Part shown: positions 27,960 to 38,032 of the stretch, in pieces | Layout of the letters: every line of letters starts with the position of its first letter | Numbering within the stretch: position 1 is the stretch's first letter | Source: a virus | Lineage: Duplodnaviria > Caudoviricetes | Strand: one strand, 5' to 3' | Virus record (IMG/VR): IMGVR_UViG_3300032328_000860 | Coordinates: 159,438-223,437 of that record | DNA length: 64,000 nucleotides | The notes under the pieces: model-generated | Database searches by the model: none | The model's input: the letters and a program-made list of their open reading frames with translations, nothing else | Told to the model about the DNA's origin: nothing | Translations under genes and position numbers: made by a program

Positions 27960-28839
27960 TGGTATGCGTCCTACGTCGTTTGATGAAATTGTTGGTCAGA
28001 GCGAAGTTATAAGCAGACTCAGAGTGTCTGTGGTCGGCTGTAAAAACACTAATACGGTGATGCCTCATGTTTTAATAGACGGCCCTCCTGGGCTTGGTAA
28101 AACAACAATAGCGGGCGCTATCGCAAAGGAGTTGGATGTGAACCTATATACAACCAACGCTGCTAATATACGTAGTGTTAAAAATATTATGTCTTACTTG
28201 TTAGGAATAGCTCCTAGATCAGTATTATTTATTGATGAGATTCATAGGCTTCCTAAATTAGTAGAAGAATTTCTATATCCAGTAATGGAAGACTTTGTTC
28301 TTACTATTACTACTGAAGATAAACCTGAACAAATAGATTTGCCAGCTTTTACTGTTGTAGGAGCAACTACTAGTGGAGGTAGTCTGAGTCAACCGTTTTA
28401 TGATAGATTTAGTATCAAAGAACACTTGTCTTTTTATAATACTGATGATTTAGCTAAACTAGCAAAGTTTAACTGTGAAAAGCTGTCTATAACTGTTAGT
28501 GATGAGGATTTATTAGAAATTGCTAAAAGAAGCAAAGGCACACCAAGAATTTTAAATTCACGCTTACAATGGTATAGAAACTATACAAGTTGTCATGGCT
28601 GCAACGATCCTATATCAAAAATCTATGATCTTCAAGGAATTGATGAGCACGGTTTGGACACTTATGATCGTATGTACTTAGAAGTTCTAAAGAAAAATAA
28701 AAATAATCCATTGGGTCTTAAGGCTATATCTTCTATGACAGGTATTGCCATAGACACTATAGAGAATAGTATTGAGCCATTCTTAGTGCGTAAAGGATTG
28801 GTTATGCGTACTCAAAAAGGAAGAGTGCTGTCTAGTTAA
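27952..28839 (+). CDS. ruvB: Holliday junction branch-migration ATPase RuvB
   Basis: MRPTSFDE..GQ; GPPGLGKTT; FIDEIHRL; EEFLYPVMEDF; GATT; GTPRI; IEPFL...RT.KGR. Confidence 0.95.
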   Translation: MSNGMRPTSFDEIVGQSEVISRLRVSVVGCKNTNTVMPHVLIDGPPGLGKTTIAGAIAKELDVNLYTTNAANIRSVKNIMSYLLGIAPRSVLFIDEIHRLPKLVEEFLYPVMEDFVLTITTEDKPEQIDLPAFTVVGATTSGGSLSQPFYDRFSIKEHLSFYNTDDLAKLAKFNCEKLSITVSDEDLLEIAKRSKGTPRILNSRLQWYRNYTSCHGCNDPISKIYDLQGIDEHGLDTYDRMYLEVLKKNKNNPLGLKAISSMTGIAIDTIENSIEPFLVRKGLVMRTQKGRVLSS

Positions 28840-28874
28840 AAAAGATATTAATATTACTAATATAGGTTTTGGTT

Positions 28875-28904
28875 AAAGGGGCATTATTGCCCCTTTTTCT
28901 TTTT
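28875..28904 (+). terminator. intrinsic terminator ending left-arm operon
   Basis: AAAGGGGCA-TTAT-TGCCCCTTT followed by T-rich tract. Confidence 0.85.
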
Positions 28905-28911
28905 GTATAAT

Positions 28912-28917
28912 GGTGTA
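28912..28917 (+). promoter_or_regulatory. putative late promoter (GGTGTA motif)
   Basis: motif right after terminator, ahead of SD of 28932. Confidence 0.6.
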
Positions 28918-28931
28918 AATGTTACTGGAGG

Positions 28932-29249
28932 ATGTTGACTATGGAGATTTTATTATCTATATTGACCATAATATTATTATTTAATTTAGTATTTATCGCT
29001 GGTATTTATATTGGCTTAAACTACAATAGTCAGGCTAATTTTGGGAGCCAGTTGATTTTTAATAAGACAGACAAATTAAAAAATACAAATAATAATACTA
29101 TAAACAAAATATCTATTGATGATACCAAATATGTAACTAAGATTAATACAGATAATCTGGAAAAAAAATACGACGATATAGCCTCAATAAAATATTCAGA
29201 AGACACAATAGAAAGTTCTGTAAATAAACTCAAAACACTAAAAGGTTAA
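28932..29249 (+). CDS. single-pass membrane protein
   Basis: GGAGG SD; N-terminal TM; basic C-terminal helix. Confidence 0.7.
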   Translation: MLTMEILLSILTIILLFNLVFIAGIYIGLNYNSQANFGSQLIFNKTDKLKNTNNNTINKISIDDTKYVTKINTDNLEKKYDDIASIKYSEDTIESSVNKLKTLKG

Positions 29250-29256
29250 TTAAATT

Positions 29257-30258
29257 ATGGCAAAAGGCTTAGACGTAGGTACTAGTTTTATAGTATTGTC
29301 TGAAGAAATAAACGGGAAAATAGTCTATAAAGACTTTAGAGATGCTTTTTATAATATTAATCCAACAACGCCCGTTGCTTCTAAAATGATTGAAAAAGGT
29401 TTAGCCGGTAAAATCTTTATAAAAGATACTAATGGTTCATTTATTTTATTAGGTCAAGATGCTATTGATAAAGCTATTGAAAGAAACGATAATGCTAAAA
29501 GACCCATGAGCAAAGGTGTGGTGTCTGCTAAAGAAAAAGACGCTAAAAGAGTTTTAGCTTTTATCTTAAAAGAAGTTGCTGGACAAGCAAAAGAACAAAA
29601 TGAAAAACTGGTCTTTTGCGTTCCTGCTCAACCAGTAGATCAAGAAGATGAAGATTTTGATATAGGATATCATGAAGATGTAGTCAAATCTATTTTATCA
29701 GAATGTGGTTATTCTGCAATATCAATAAATGAAGCAGAAGCGTTGTGCTATGCTGAATTAGAAACTGAGGATTATACTGGCATAGCTGTCAGTTGTGGGG
29801 CTGGTATGACTAATGTTTGCGTGATGTTAAACGGTGAGCCAACAGTAGTATTTAGTACAACTAAGTCAGGTGATTGGATCGACCGTATGAGTGCTGTTGC
29901 TACTGGAGAAAAAGATAGTGTAGTTCAAGCAGAAAAAGAGGGAGGAAATTTTACTATTGGAGAAAAGAATGATAATCCAGTATTAGCAGCAGTATCGTCA
30001 TACTATGAAAGACTTATTGATTATACTACTAAAAATTTATCTTTAGCATTAACAGAGCATAAATTATTACCTAAGTTTAAAAATCCACTAAAAATAGTTG
30101 TTGCTGGTGGTACTTCTCAAGCTAGGGGCTATATCGATAATTTTAGTCGAAAATTAATTGATAATAAATTTCCATTATCTATAAAACAAGTTATTCACGC
30201 AGAAGATCCCTTACATGCGGTGTCTAAGGGTTGTCTAATAGCCTCTAAAATATTATAA
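29257..30258 (+). CDS. actin-fold ATPase (MreB/FtsA/MamK-like)
   Basis: GLDVGT; INEAEA; SCGAGMTN; SGDWID; AGGTS; DPLHAV.KG. Confidence 0.85.
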   Translation: MAKGLDVGTSFIVLSEEINGKIVYKDFRDAFYNINPTTPVASKMIEKGLAGKIFIKDTNGSFILLGQDAIDKAIERNDNAKRPMSKGVVSAKEKDAKRVLAFILKEVAGQAKEQNEKLVFCVPAQPVDQEDEDFDIGYHEDVVKSILSECGYSAISINEAEALCYAELETEDYTGIAVSCGAGMTNVCVMLNGEPTVVFSTTKSGDWIDRMSAVATGEKDSVVQAEKEGGNFTIGEKNDNPVLAAVSSYYERLIDYTTKNLSLALTEHKLLPKFKNPLKIVVAGGTSQARGYIDNFSRKLIDNKFPLSIKQVIHAEDPLHAVSKGCLIASKIL

Positions 30259-30283
30259 TCTATTAAACAGTATAAAAATAATT

Positions 30284-32092
30284 ATGAGCAAGATTAGATC
30301 AAAATGTTGTCCAGAGGTTTCCTTAACACCATCTCCAACACCTTCTAGAACACCATCTCGTAGTCCTACTCCTACACCGTCTCTAACGGTTTCTCTAACA
30401 AGAACTAAAACGCCAACACCAACAAGAACATATAGTTCAACTGCTACTCCTACTAAAACTCCAACACCTACGGCAACGCCTACTAAAACTCCAACACCTA
30501 CGGCAACGCCTACTAAAACACCGACCGTTACACCAACCAATACTATTAGTCCAACAAGAACACCAACATCTAGCATAACTCCTACAAGAACGTCTACAAT
30601 AACGCCCACTGCAACTACTACTAGTTCTGTTACTCCTACTAAAACACCTACTCCTACAATTACTAGAACCTCAACAGCTACTCCAACACGTAGTCCAACA
30701 AGAACAGCGACCCCTACTCCCACAAGAACAGTTACTCCTACTATAACAAGTTCGGTGAGTCCCACTAAAACTGCTACTCCAACAGTAACTCCAACTAATA
30801 CTCCTAGCATTAGTGTTACTCCTAGTGTTACACCTAGTTTAAGCGTTAGCGTTTCTATTACTCCAACACTTACTCCAACACGATCATTAACTCCAACGCC
30901 AAACCCGACACCATCTTCAACTCCTGAACCGACACCATCTCCAACTCCGCCGAGCATCTTCACATACTTCTGTGAACCCACCACCGGATGCTTAGGCGGC
31001 GTAGTGCCCGGCCCTAACCCGCCACCTGGCTACACAGGGTACGAAACCCCAGAAGAGTGTGAGGCCAACTGCGAATATCTCGGGGTTTTTTGCGACCCAT
31101 TCCAAGCTTGCCTAGGACCGTCATACGGCCCGCCGGGTAGTCCTCCTGTGGGGCCAGCAACGTGCTTGGATTGCAGGCCGTCTTACGTCTGCGACGGCGG
31201 CGGCGGCTGTGGGGGGACAGGCTATTACGACATCAATGATCCGGCTTATGTCTCCGAAGACGAATGTATAGCTGCTTGCGTATTGACAAACACCGGGTGT
31301 GACCCGGCAACCGGAGAATGTTACGAAGGATACGGACTAGGATATGCAAATGCGGGCGGGTGTCCGGGATGCACAGCATGCCATGTTTGTGACAATGTAA
31401 ATGGATGGACATTCGTGGCCTTCAGAGAAGGAGACAATTGCACCGGCGCCGGCGAGCTTAACTCGAGCTTTGATCCAGCAGGATGCAAACAGTGGGTCGA
31501 GTGCGATCCCTTCAACGGATGTTCAGACCTAGGATATACTTTATCTCTTGGAATGAACCCTGTTGAAGGAACCTGCGCCGACGGAGTATGTGAATTAACT
31601 AACACCGGGTGCGACCCGGCAACCGGAGAATGTTACGAAGGTTACGGGGCCGGATATGCAAATGCGGGCGGATGTCCGGACTGCTCATTAACTAACACCG
31701 GGTGCGACCCGGCAACCGGAACGTGTGACCAAGGTTACGGGGCCGGATATGCAAATGCGGGCGGATGTCCGGACTGCACATCATCTTGGGGCCCCTATGT
31801 TTGTAGAAAACAGACTCTACAGGACACGAGGGATCTTCCCACGGAAGACTTAATTTTTGGAGGAGCTCCTACTTCATATTATATCTGCCTAGGAGGCTCT
31901 GGAGAACCAAATGGGTGCAATTCCAATCCTTCTCCTTGCGACGCTCCTGATTATCCCCATCATTGCAACCGATCTGGGGATTGCGGCGAACTGACACTTC
32001 CTGATCAATGTGATGGCTGGCCTTTGGATTCAACTACGACCTATGTGTCCGAATGCTATAATGTCAATAGTTGTTCGGAATGTCAGGGCTAG
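30284..32092 (+). CDS. mucin-like Thr/Pro/Ser stalk protein with Cys/Gly-rich repeat head
   Basis: MSKIRSKCC leader; ~210-aa T/P/S region; Cys-rich C-terminal repeats. Confidence 0.8.
   Translation: MSKIRSKCCPEVSLTPSPTPSRTPSRSPTPTPSLTVSLTRTKTPTPTRTYSSTATPTKTPTPTATPTKTPTPTATPTKTPTVTPTNTISPTRTPTSSITPTRTSTITPTATTTSSVTPTKTPTPTITRTSTATPTRSPTRTATPTPTRTVTPTITSSVSPTKTATPTVTPTNTPSISVTPSVTPSLSVSVSITPTLTPTRSLTPTPNPTPSSTPEPTPSPTPPSIFTYFCEPTTGCLGGVVPGPNPPPGYTGYETPEECEANCEYLGVFCDPFQACLGPSYGPPGSPPVGPATCLDCRPSYVCDGGGGCGGTGYYDINDPAYVSEDECIAACVLTNTGCDPATGECYEGYGLGYANAGGCPGCTACHVCDNVNGWTFVAFREGDNCTGAGELNSSFDPAGCKQWVECDPFNGCSDLGYTLSLGMNPVEGTCADGVCELTNTGCDPATGECYEGYGAGYANAGGCPDCSLTNTGCDPATGTCDQGYGAGYANAGGCPDCTSSWGPYVCRKQTLQDTRDLPTEDLIFGGAPTSYYICLGGSGEPNGCNSNPSPCDAPDYPHHCNRSGDCGELTLPDQCDGWPLDSTTTYVSECYNVNSCSECQG
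30449..30519 (+). repeat. 30-bp tandem repeat ([10 protein letters not shown])
   Basis: CCTACTAAAACTCCAACACCTACGGCAACG x2 plus partial. Confidence 0.85.
31283..31777 (+). repeat. three ~90-bp Cys-rich coding repeats ([25 protein letters not shown])
   Basis: copies at 31283, 31595, 31688. Confidence 0.9.
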
Positions 32093-32113
32093 GGGCAAAT
32101 TCATCATGCAAGA

Positions 32114-32257
32114 TCAAATGTCATCCTCGTCCATGTCGTTATCAAGTGGAACCTCCCAGTAGAGTTTGTCTATCCAGTGCTTCCAGGTGTCAAGAACCCT
32201 CGTGCTGTCCCTTATGACTGAATAGCCTGGCTTTCGGGAGCCTTGAGGAGCCTCCAA
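32114..32257 (-). pseudogene. start-less 3' gene remnant
   Basis: ..LEAPQGSRKPGYSVIRDSTRVLDTWKHWIDKLYWEVPLDNDMDEDDI*; GC-rich like the adjacent module. Confidence 0.45.
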
Positions 32258-32299
32258 AAGAAAGTTAGAGAAATAACATTTCCTATATCATTCTGAGTG

Positions 32300-32327
32300 T
32301 TGACTTTTATTTTGATAAGAATATAAT
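32300..32327 (+). promoter_or_regulatory. sigma70-type promoter
   Basis: TTGACT-16-TATAAT. Confidence 0.55.
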
Positions 32328-32365
32328 ATAAAAACAGTGATTACTCAATGTATTAAGGAGAAATT

Positions 32366-32773
32366 ATGATCAATTTAGGAAATTTACACGATGTTCTAGC
32401 ATTGTTTGTTAAAGATGATACTATTTTTAATTCTTTACAAAATGATTTTACAGAAATTTTAGCAGACTTGGTTAGTTATAAAAATAATCCTAATTGTTCC
32501 TGCAAAGGAAGAGTGAATAAATTTTTTGCAGATAAACTACAAGAAAATCCACAAATCCTCAATAAGTATATAACAAATCCACCATTTCTGCAAAACGAAT
32601 TAGACAAATTAAGTTTAACAAGACAACAAAATAATTACTCTGGTAAAATTATTACTATACCAAAAACTGAACAAGCTTGGCAACAATTAGCTCTAGAAAT
32701 TAATCGAGGTAAATTATTTAGAAGTTTTAATGTAGTAGAAAGAGACAATGAAATAGTGGTATACTTTTTATGA
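32366..32773 (+). CDS. hypothetical protein with NPNCSC motif
   Basis: AAGGAG SD. Confidence 0.7.
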   Translation: MINLGNLHDVLALFVKDDTIFNSLQNDFTEILADLVSYKNNPNCSCKGRVNKFFADKLQENPQILNKYITNPPFLQNELDKLSLTRQQNNYSGKIITIPKTEQAWQQLALEINRGKLFRSFNVVERDNEIVVYFL

Positions 32774-33057
32774 CAATTATAATATATCTATTAATTAGTT
32801 TAGGGCTATGTTATGCTTGGAGTGATACTGAAGCTTCTAGACCTTTAAGAAACATGATAGCTAGAATACCTTATATCAGAAGACCTTTATTGTGTCATGA
32901 ATGTTCTAGTTTTTGGATAGGGCTAGGCTTAAGTTATTTTATCAATCCTATAGGCGAATATTGTAATCATCCTATAAGTTATATATTTAGTGCTTTTTGT
33001 TCTTTTTTTATTAACCTAGTATTTGTTAGAAATAAGTACATATCTTTAAAAGACTAA
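32770..33057 (+). CDS. small membrane protein with CxxC (DUF1360-like)
   Basis: LLCHECSSFW.G between TM helices. Confidence 0.6.
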   Translation: MTIIIYLLISLGLCYAWSDTEASRPLRNMIARIPYIRRPLLCHECSSFWIGLGLSYFINPIGEYCNHPISYIFSAFCSFFINLVFVRNKYISLKD

Positions 33058-33143
33058 ATTTATAGGATATTATTGGTTATTTAGTTGTGGTGTATTTATA
33101 ATTATGTTCAACATAATTTAATTTTATATGGCCAAACTCTTTT

Positions 33144-34952
33144 ATGACTAATATTATTCCTATTAAATGCTGTTTGATTCCCTCTCCCACTCCATCAAGA
33201 TCTGCTCAAACAGATATTTGTATTCGTGGATTAGTATATCAAAATAGCTATAATACTATTAAGCCTACAAACGAGCTTGGTAGTATAGTGTCTATACTAA
33301 ATTACAAAGAATTAAATTTTATTAGCAGGCCTTATACTATTAATTTGCCCGGTGTTCCTGTAAATTTAACAAATAATTTTCAAATACATTTTGGGGGTCA
33401 ATTATATATAGACCAAGAAGCAACATATAAATTAAATTTAATTACTAATCAAAATGCACAATATAAAATATCAATAGATGCTATTGAATATATAAACAAT
33501 ACAAATATTAATTTAACATCAGGATTACATTCTATAAATATACAGTATATCCCAGGAAATAGTAATAATATAGAATTAAAATTATTTTGGAATTCTATTT
33601 ATACTAATAATGTAGATACTATAATTCCTTATAGTAGTTGGATCTGTACTGATCCATTGGTAACTCCAACTCCAACTCCAACGACTATTATTCCAAGTTC
33701 TACTCCAACACTAACTCCGACACGAACTCCTACACAAACCCCAACCCCTACACAAACCCTAACTCCAACACCATCACGAGCAGCTAATTGTAATATTTTT
33801 ATAATAGACGGTAAAACTCATTCTATGAGTACTCCTCTAGATACTGGTATTAATATTGGCATCAATGATAGCATAAATATAATCTCTACTGGTACTATAA
33901 ACATAAATTGGCCTTTATATCCTGGTGCCTATGGTCCGGACGGAATTACAGCAGCCGGAATAGACGCCTCTACAAGCTGTACATACATGGCTCTTCTTGG
34001 TCGTATAGGAACAGGCCCGATATTTCAGGTAGGATCATCATACAACAATACAGCAAGTCAATCTGGTAGATTATATTTGTTTTTTAATGATGAAGACGCA
34101 TTAGGTGATAACAGCGGGTTTTTTAGCTCTACCCTTTGTATTATTAAACCAAGTCCCACTCCTACGCTTACTCCTACGCGTACTCCAACACAAACATTAA
34201 CTCCTTCTATAACACCAACACGTACAGTTACTCCAACTGTATCTCCGTCTAAACCAAATCCAATACAAAGTCATCCAATATTATTAAGTGCGGATGGGGG
34301 GAATGAACATTTATTAATAAAATGGAGTCCACCAGCTAATCCTATTACTACTCCTGAAACATATCTAATTGAAGTAGATGGTACAATCGTAGGGACAGTA
34401 CCGTCTAGTATAACTCCTACCTCAGCTTTAATTATTGGATTAGAAAATAATAAAACTTATTCTATAAGATTAGCTGCTTATTATCCTAGTGGTTATGTTA
34501 TTGGTAATTGGGTATACGGCAATACTATTACAGCAATTACTGCTCCTAATCTTCCTGTTGGTGCCGAGTCCACGATTATATCTGCTAGACCAGGATTTAG
34601 CGCTATCGAAGTAGAATGGAGTATTCCAGCCTGGAACTTAATCACATTTAATGCTCAATTACCAGTAGACAATAACAGTCTTCCATATCGTTTTCAAGCA
34701 TATCATAGTTGGTATACTCTCTACTATTCTATAGACGGGGGTATAAATTGGGTTTTTGCAGCAACCAATATTCCTCCGAGCAGTCAAAGAATTATTGTTA
34801 GTAATTTAAATTCTAATTTTAATTACATATTTAGGCTCTCTACAAGCTATTCATTATGGGGAACAGATTTTGGTACCATTAGCTCTAGTTCTAAAGAGAA
34901 TAAGTCTATAGTTTTTACAAAAGACTATACTATTCCAACAAAACCTTTATAA
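33144..34952 (+). CDS. mucin-like multi-domain protein: PA14-like, PA-IL/LecA-like lectin, FN3-like domains with T/P linkers
   Basis: IKCC leader; F.IHF.G.LYI..G.H.I.IQY..L.LFW; DTGI..TG..GPDG..ALLGRIG..SGRLYL..ND..DNSG; W.PP..Y..GLEN...Y.IR. Confidence 0.7.
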   Translation: MTNIIPIKCCLIPSPTPSRSAQTDICIRGLVYQNSYNTIKPTNELGSIVSILNYKELNFISRPYTINLPGVPVNLTNNFQIHFGGQLYIDQEATYKLNLITNQNAQYKISIDAIEYINNTNINLTSGLHSINIQYIPGNSNNIELKLFWNSIYTNNVDTIIPYSSWICTDPLVTPTPTPTTIIPSSTPTLTPTRTPTQTPTPTQTLTPTPSRAANCNIFIIDGKTHSMSTPLDTGINIGINDSINIISTGTININWPLYPGAYGPDGITAAGIDASTSCTYMALLGRIGTGPIFQVGSSYNNTASQSGRLYLFFNDEDALGDNSGFFSSTLCIIKPSPTPTLTPTRTPTQTLTPSITPTRTVTPTVSPSKPNPIQSHPILLSADGGNEHLLIKWSPPANPITTPETYLIEVDGTIVGTVPSSITPTSALIIGLENNKTYSIRLAAYYPSGYVIGNWVYGNTITAITAPNLPVGAESTIISARPGFSAIEVEWSIPAWNLITFNAQLPVDNNSLPYRFQAYHSWYTLYYSIDGGINWVFAATNIPPSSQRIIVSNLNSNFNYIFRLSTSYSLWGTDFGTISSSSKENKSIVFTKDYTIPTKPL

Positions 34953-34981
34953 TTTATTCGTTATGAAAGACAAAATAAGAA

Positions 34982-36196
34982 ATGAGCAAGTTAAGAACTA
35001 GCTGTTGCGAAGATTGTATTTTCCTACCCTCATATCCTATTTTGATAAAACCCAATATTACACTTTCCATATCTGCTACTCCTACTACTACTCCCACCAC
35101 ATCTATTACGGCAACACCAACTATTACCAGTAGTAGAACACCAACCGTTACTCCCACATTAACGGTTACACGTACTACAACACCAACTGTTACTCCCACT
35201 AGAACAAATACTCCAAGCTCCTCTGCAATATTCTCTGTTGATGCGTCTCCAACACCAACATCGACACCAACGTTAACCAGAACACCCACAAATACTCCTA
35301 CTATTACAATAACGCCAACACCATCCGCTAGTAGTAAACTCGTCAATGATATAACATTATTTAATAAAGAGTCTTGGTCTTTTTTGGTTCCAGAACCATT
35401 TAAAACATATTTAGATCAAGCTTCAGATAGATGGTCAAATTATATACAATATAATAATAGTGCTTTTCAGTTTTTATTAGATAATGTTCCTGATTGGTAT
35501 GGCTTAGCATTAAGACCTGACTCATTTGTTATAGGAGATTTAGGAATAGATCAATTTATTGCTGGTTGCGGGCCAGCAACAATTCTAGAAATAGACAGGT
35601 CTGGTTCAAAATTATTAGCTAATTCTGTATATTTTCAATTAATTATTAATAGATCTTTTAAAGATTTTTATTCTCCAGAAAACTGGATAGACATATTAAC
35701 TCATGAACTAGGGCACGGATTAGGGATTGGGGTTTATTGGGGCTTGATGAACATAAAACCAATTAATCATTTCTTAGATGGTTTAATATATTCTGCAAGT
35801 CAAACTGCTTATAATTCTATTGTTGGCGCTAGTTATAATAAAATACCTTTAGAGATCGAAGGAGATTCTGGTACAGAAAATAGTCATTGGGAAAATAATT
35901 TTAGGGACGGATACCCTGGTTTATTAAACGAGATGATGATTGGATATTATGATCCTATGATAGGCCCATACAAAATATCTTCTCTATCCATCAAGCACTT
36001 GGCTGAATGTGGTTATACGGAAATTAATCCTGGAACTAGTGAGGGAGTTCCTATAGCTAATAAAGGACAAGCAATACGTAGTATGAGCGACAATACTAAA
36101 AAGTTATCATGTAAAGAATATTTAAATAATATAACCATTAATAGCATAGGATCATTTAATATTGACACAAAGGTATTCAAGCCACATGAACATTAA
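34982..36196 (+). CDS. mucin-like stalk fused to leishmanolysin/GP63 (M8)-like metalloprotease
   Basis: TSCC leader; T/P run; THELGHGLG, SHWE, NEMM.GY. Confidence 0.8.
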   Translation: MSKLRTSCCEDCIFLPSYPILIKPNITLSISATPTTTPTTSITATPTITSSRTPTVTPTLTVTRTTTPTVTPTRTNTPSSSAIFSVDASPTPTSTPTLTRTPTNTPTITITPTPSASSKLVNDITLFNKESWSFLVPEPFKTYLDQASDRWSNYIQYNNSAFQFLLDNVPDWYGLALRPDSFVIGDLGIDQFIAGCGPATILEIDRSGSKLLANSVYFQLIINRSFKDFYSPENWIDILTHELGHGLGIGVYWGLMNIKPINHFLDGLIYSASQTAYNSIVGASYNKIPLEIEGDSGTENSHWENNFRDGYPGLLNEMMIGYYDPMIGPYKISSLSIKHLAECGYTEINPGTSEGVPIANKGQAIRSMSDNTKKLSCKEYLNNITINSIGSFNIDTKVFKPHEH

Positions 36197-36333
36197 TTAT
36201 TAAGAATAAGATATATAATTTGATTGTACTATGGATTATTCTATATTTTATTGGAATATTGAAGTAATAGAAGATTCTAGGGTGTATTTAAATAAGGCAA
36301 AAAATAAACCCTATACAATAAAGAACATATATT

Positions 36334-37095
36334 ATGAAGCTAAGAATAATAATTGGGTTGGTCGTATTTTTAACTGCTTGTTTTCCTGCTTTAGCTGGTC
36401 TTAGGGATCCTGAAACAAGCGACTTAAAACATCTAGAATTAGCTCAAAAATACAACCATACTGGTCAAGTTCTAGGATTTGATACTAAAGACACTCCTTG
36501 GATGGGATCATGCGTAGCTATACATGATCGTATAGTACTAACTGCTGCTCATTTTATGATTGATGCTAAACAATGCTCTGTAGTTATTAATAATAAAAAA
36601 GTTAAAGCTATTAGATGGAGGGTGCATCCAAATTTTCATATGCCTATTATTGGCCAAAATGATATAGCTATTGTTTTATTAGATCAAAATATTGAATTAC
36701 AAAATTATCCAGAATTATACGTGGACAAAAACGAGGTTAACAAAACCTGTTATATTTCTGGTTTTGGATATTCAGGCACATTTTTAGAAGGGCCTAGTAT
36801 TTATGACCATAAATTAAGAGCCGGTTCTAATATTATAGACTTTATAAGTCGTGGAGTTCTTGTTTGCTCGCCATCTAAAAATCATAATAAAACACCACTA
36901 GAGTTTTTAATAGCTGCCGGAGACAGCGGCGGAGGCCTGTTTATTGATAAAAAACTAGCAGGCATACATTCTGCTATTAGTCAGCCAACAAAGAAAAAAA
37001 ATGACCTATATTTATTAGAATCTTATCACACTAGAGTTAGTGAACATATAGAATGGATACAATCAAATAAAAAAGCTTTTTTAGAGGTAAAATAA
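36334..37095 (+). CDS. exported trypsin-like serine protease
   Basis: signal peptide; LTAAH, NDIA, GDSGG. Confidence 0.9.
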   Translation: MKLRIIIGLVVFLTACFPALAGLRDPETSDLKHLELAQKYNHTGQVLGFDTKDTPWMGSCVAIHDRIVLTAAHFMIDAKQCSVVINNKKVKAIRWRVHPNFHMPIIGQNDIAIVLLDQNIELQNYPELYVDKNEVNKTCYISGFGYSGTFLEGPSIYDHKLRAGSNIIDFISRGVLVCSPSKNHNKTPLEFLIAAGDSGGGLFIDKKLAGIHSAISQPTKKKNDLYLLESYHTRVSEHIEWIQSNKKAFLEVK

Positions 37096-37096
37096 A

Positions 37097-38032
37097 ATGA
37101 ATTTTTTAAAACCGTTTCGTCGTAATAGAATTTCTTTACTACCATATATTAAAGAAGATTATTATGGATTATCTATTAATAGTCCTCAGACATATGGTTG
37201 GGAGCTAGAAAAATTTGATATTCCAAAAGTCTGGAGAAAATCCAAAGGAAACGGAGTAGTAGTAGCGGTAATAGATACTGGATGCGACCTTACACATCAA
37301 GACTTACTGCCTAATCTATTACCAGGTAAAAATTTTGTTGATCCTAAAAAACTGCCAGAAGATAATGCTGGTCATGGAACACATGTGTCTTCTACTATTG
37401 CAGCAATAGATAACGGTTTTGGCATGGTGGGCGTAGCACCGGAAACTAAGATTATTCCAGTAAAAGCACTGGGTGATGACGGAACAGGTTCTTTGAGGGC
37501 TGTAGCTGATGCTATCTATTGGGTTGCTGATGATACTAATGCTGATTTTATCAGTATGAGTTTGGGGTCTCCTAATAACATAAAAATTTTAGAAGATGCT
37601 GTGAATTATGCATATCAGAAGGGGAAAATTATATTTTGTGCTGCTGGTAATGCTGGAGAAGCATCAGAAATTATGTATCCTGCTAATTATGATAGTGTTA
37701 TTTCTATTGGGGCGATAGATGAAAATTTAGAACGCACCAGTTTTACATGTAGTGGTGATAATTTAGATTTTTTAGCTCCTGGACATAATATTCTAGGTTG
37801 TATTCCAGGCAATAGATATGCACTAATGAGCGGCACAAGTATGAGTAATCCTTTTGCGATAGGTTGTGCGTCTTTATTATTGGCTTATAATAAAAAAACC
37901 AATAAATATAAATTAAAATCTATTAATGATTATATCGATATTTTTAAAACAAATGCTTTAAGTTTATCTAATACTAGATATAAAAATATTAGAAAATATC
38001 AAGGATATGGGATTATTAATCCTATTTTTTAG
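37097..38032 (+). CDS. subtilisin-family (S8) serine protease
   Basis: VAVIDTG, HGTHV, AAGN, SGTSMS. Confidence 0.93.
   Translation: MNFLKPFRRNRISLLPYIKEDYYGLSINSPQTYGWELEKFDIPKVWRKSKGNGVVVAVIDTGCDLTHQDLLPNLLPGKNFVDPKKLPEDNAGHGTHVSSTIAAIDNGFGMVGVAPETKIIPVKALGDDGTGSLRAVADAIYWVADDTNADFISMSLGSPNNIKILEDAVNYAYQKGKIIFCAAGNAGEASEIMYPANYDSVISIGAIDENLERTSFTCSGDNLDFLAPGHNILGCIPGNRYALMSGTSMSNPFAIGCASLLLAYNKKTNKYKLKSINDYIDIFKTNALSLSNTRYKNIRKYQGYGIINPIF

Noticed and set aside
30253-35346. Val/Gly-rich minus-strand ORFs (30253..30984, 34954..35346; also 63691..63993)
   Set aside because: Antisense shadows of Thr/Pro codon runs
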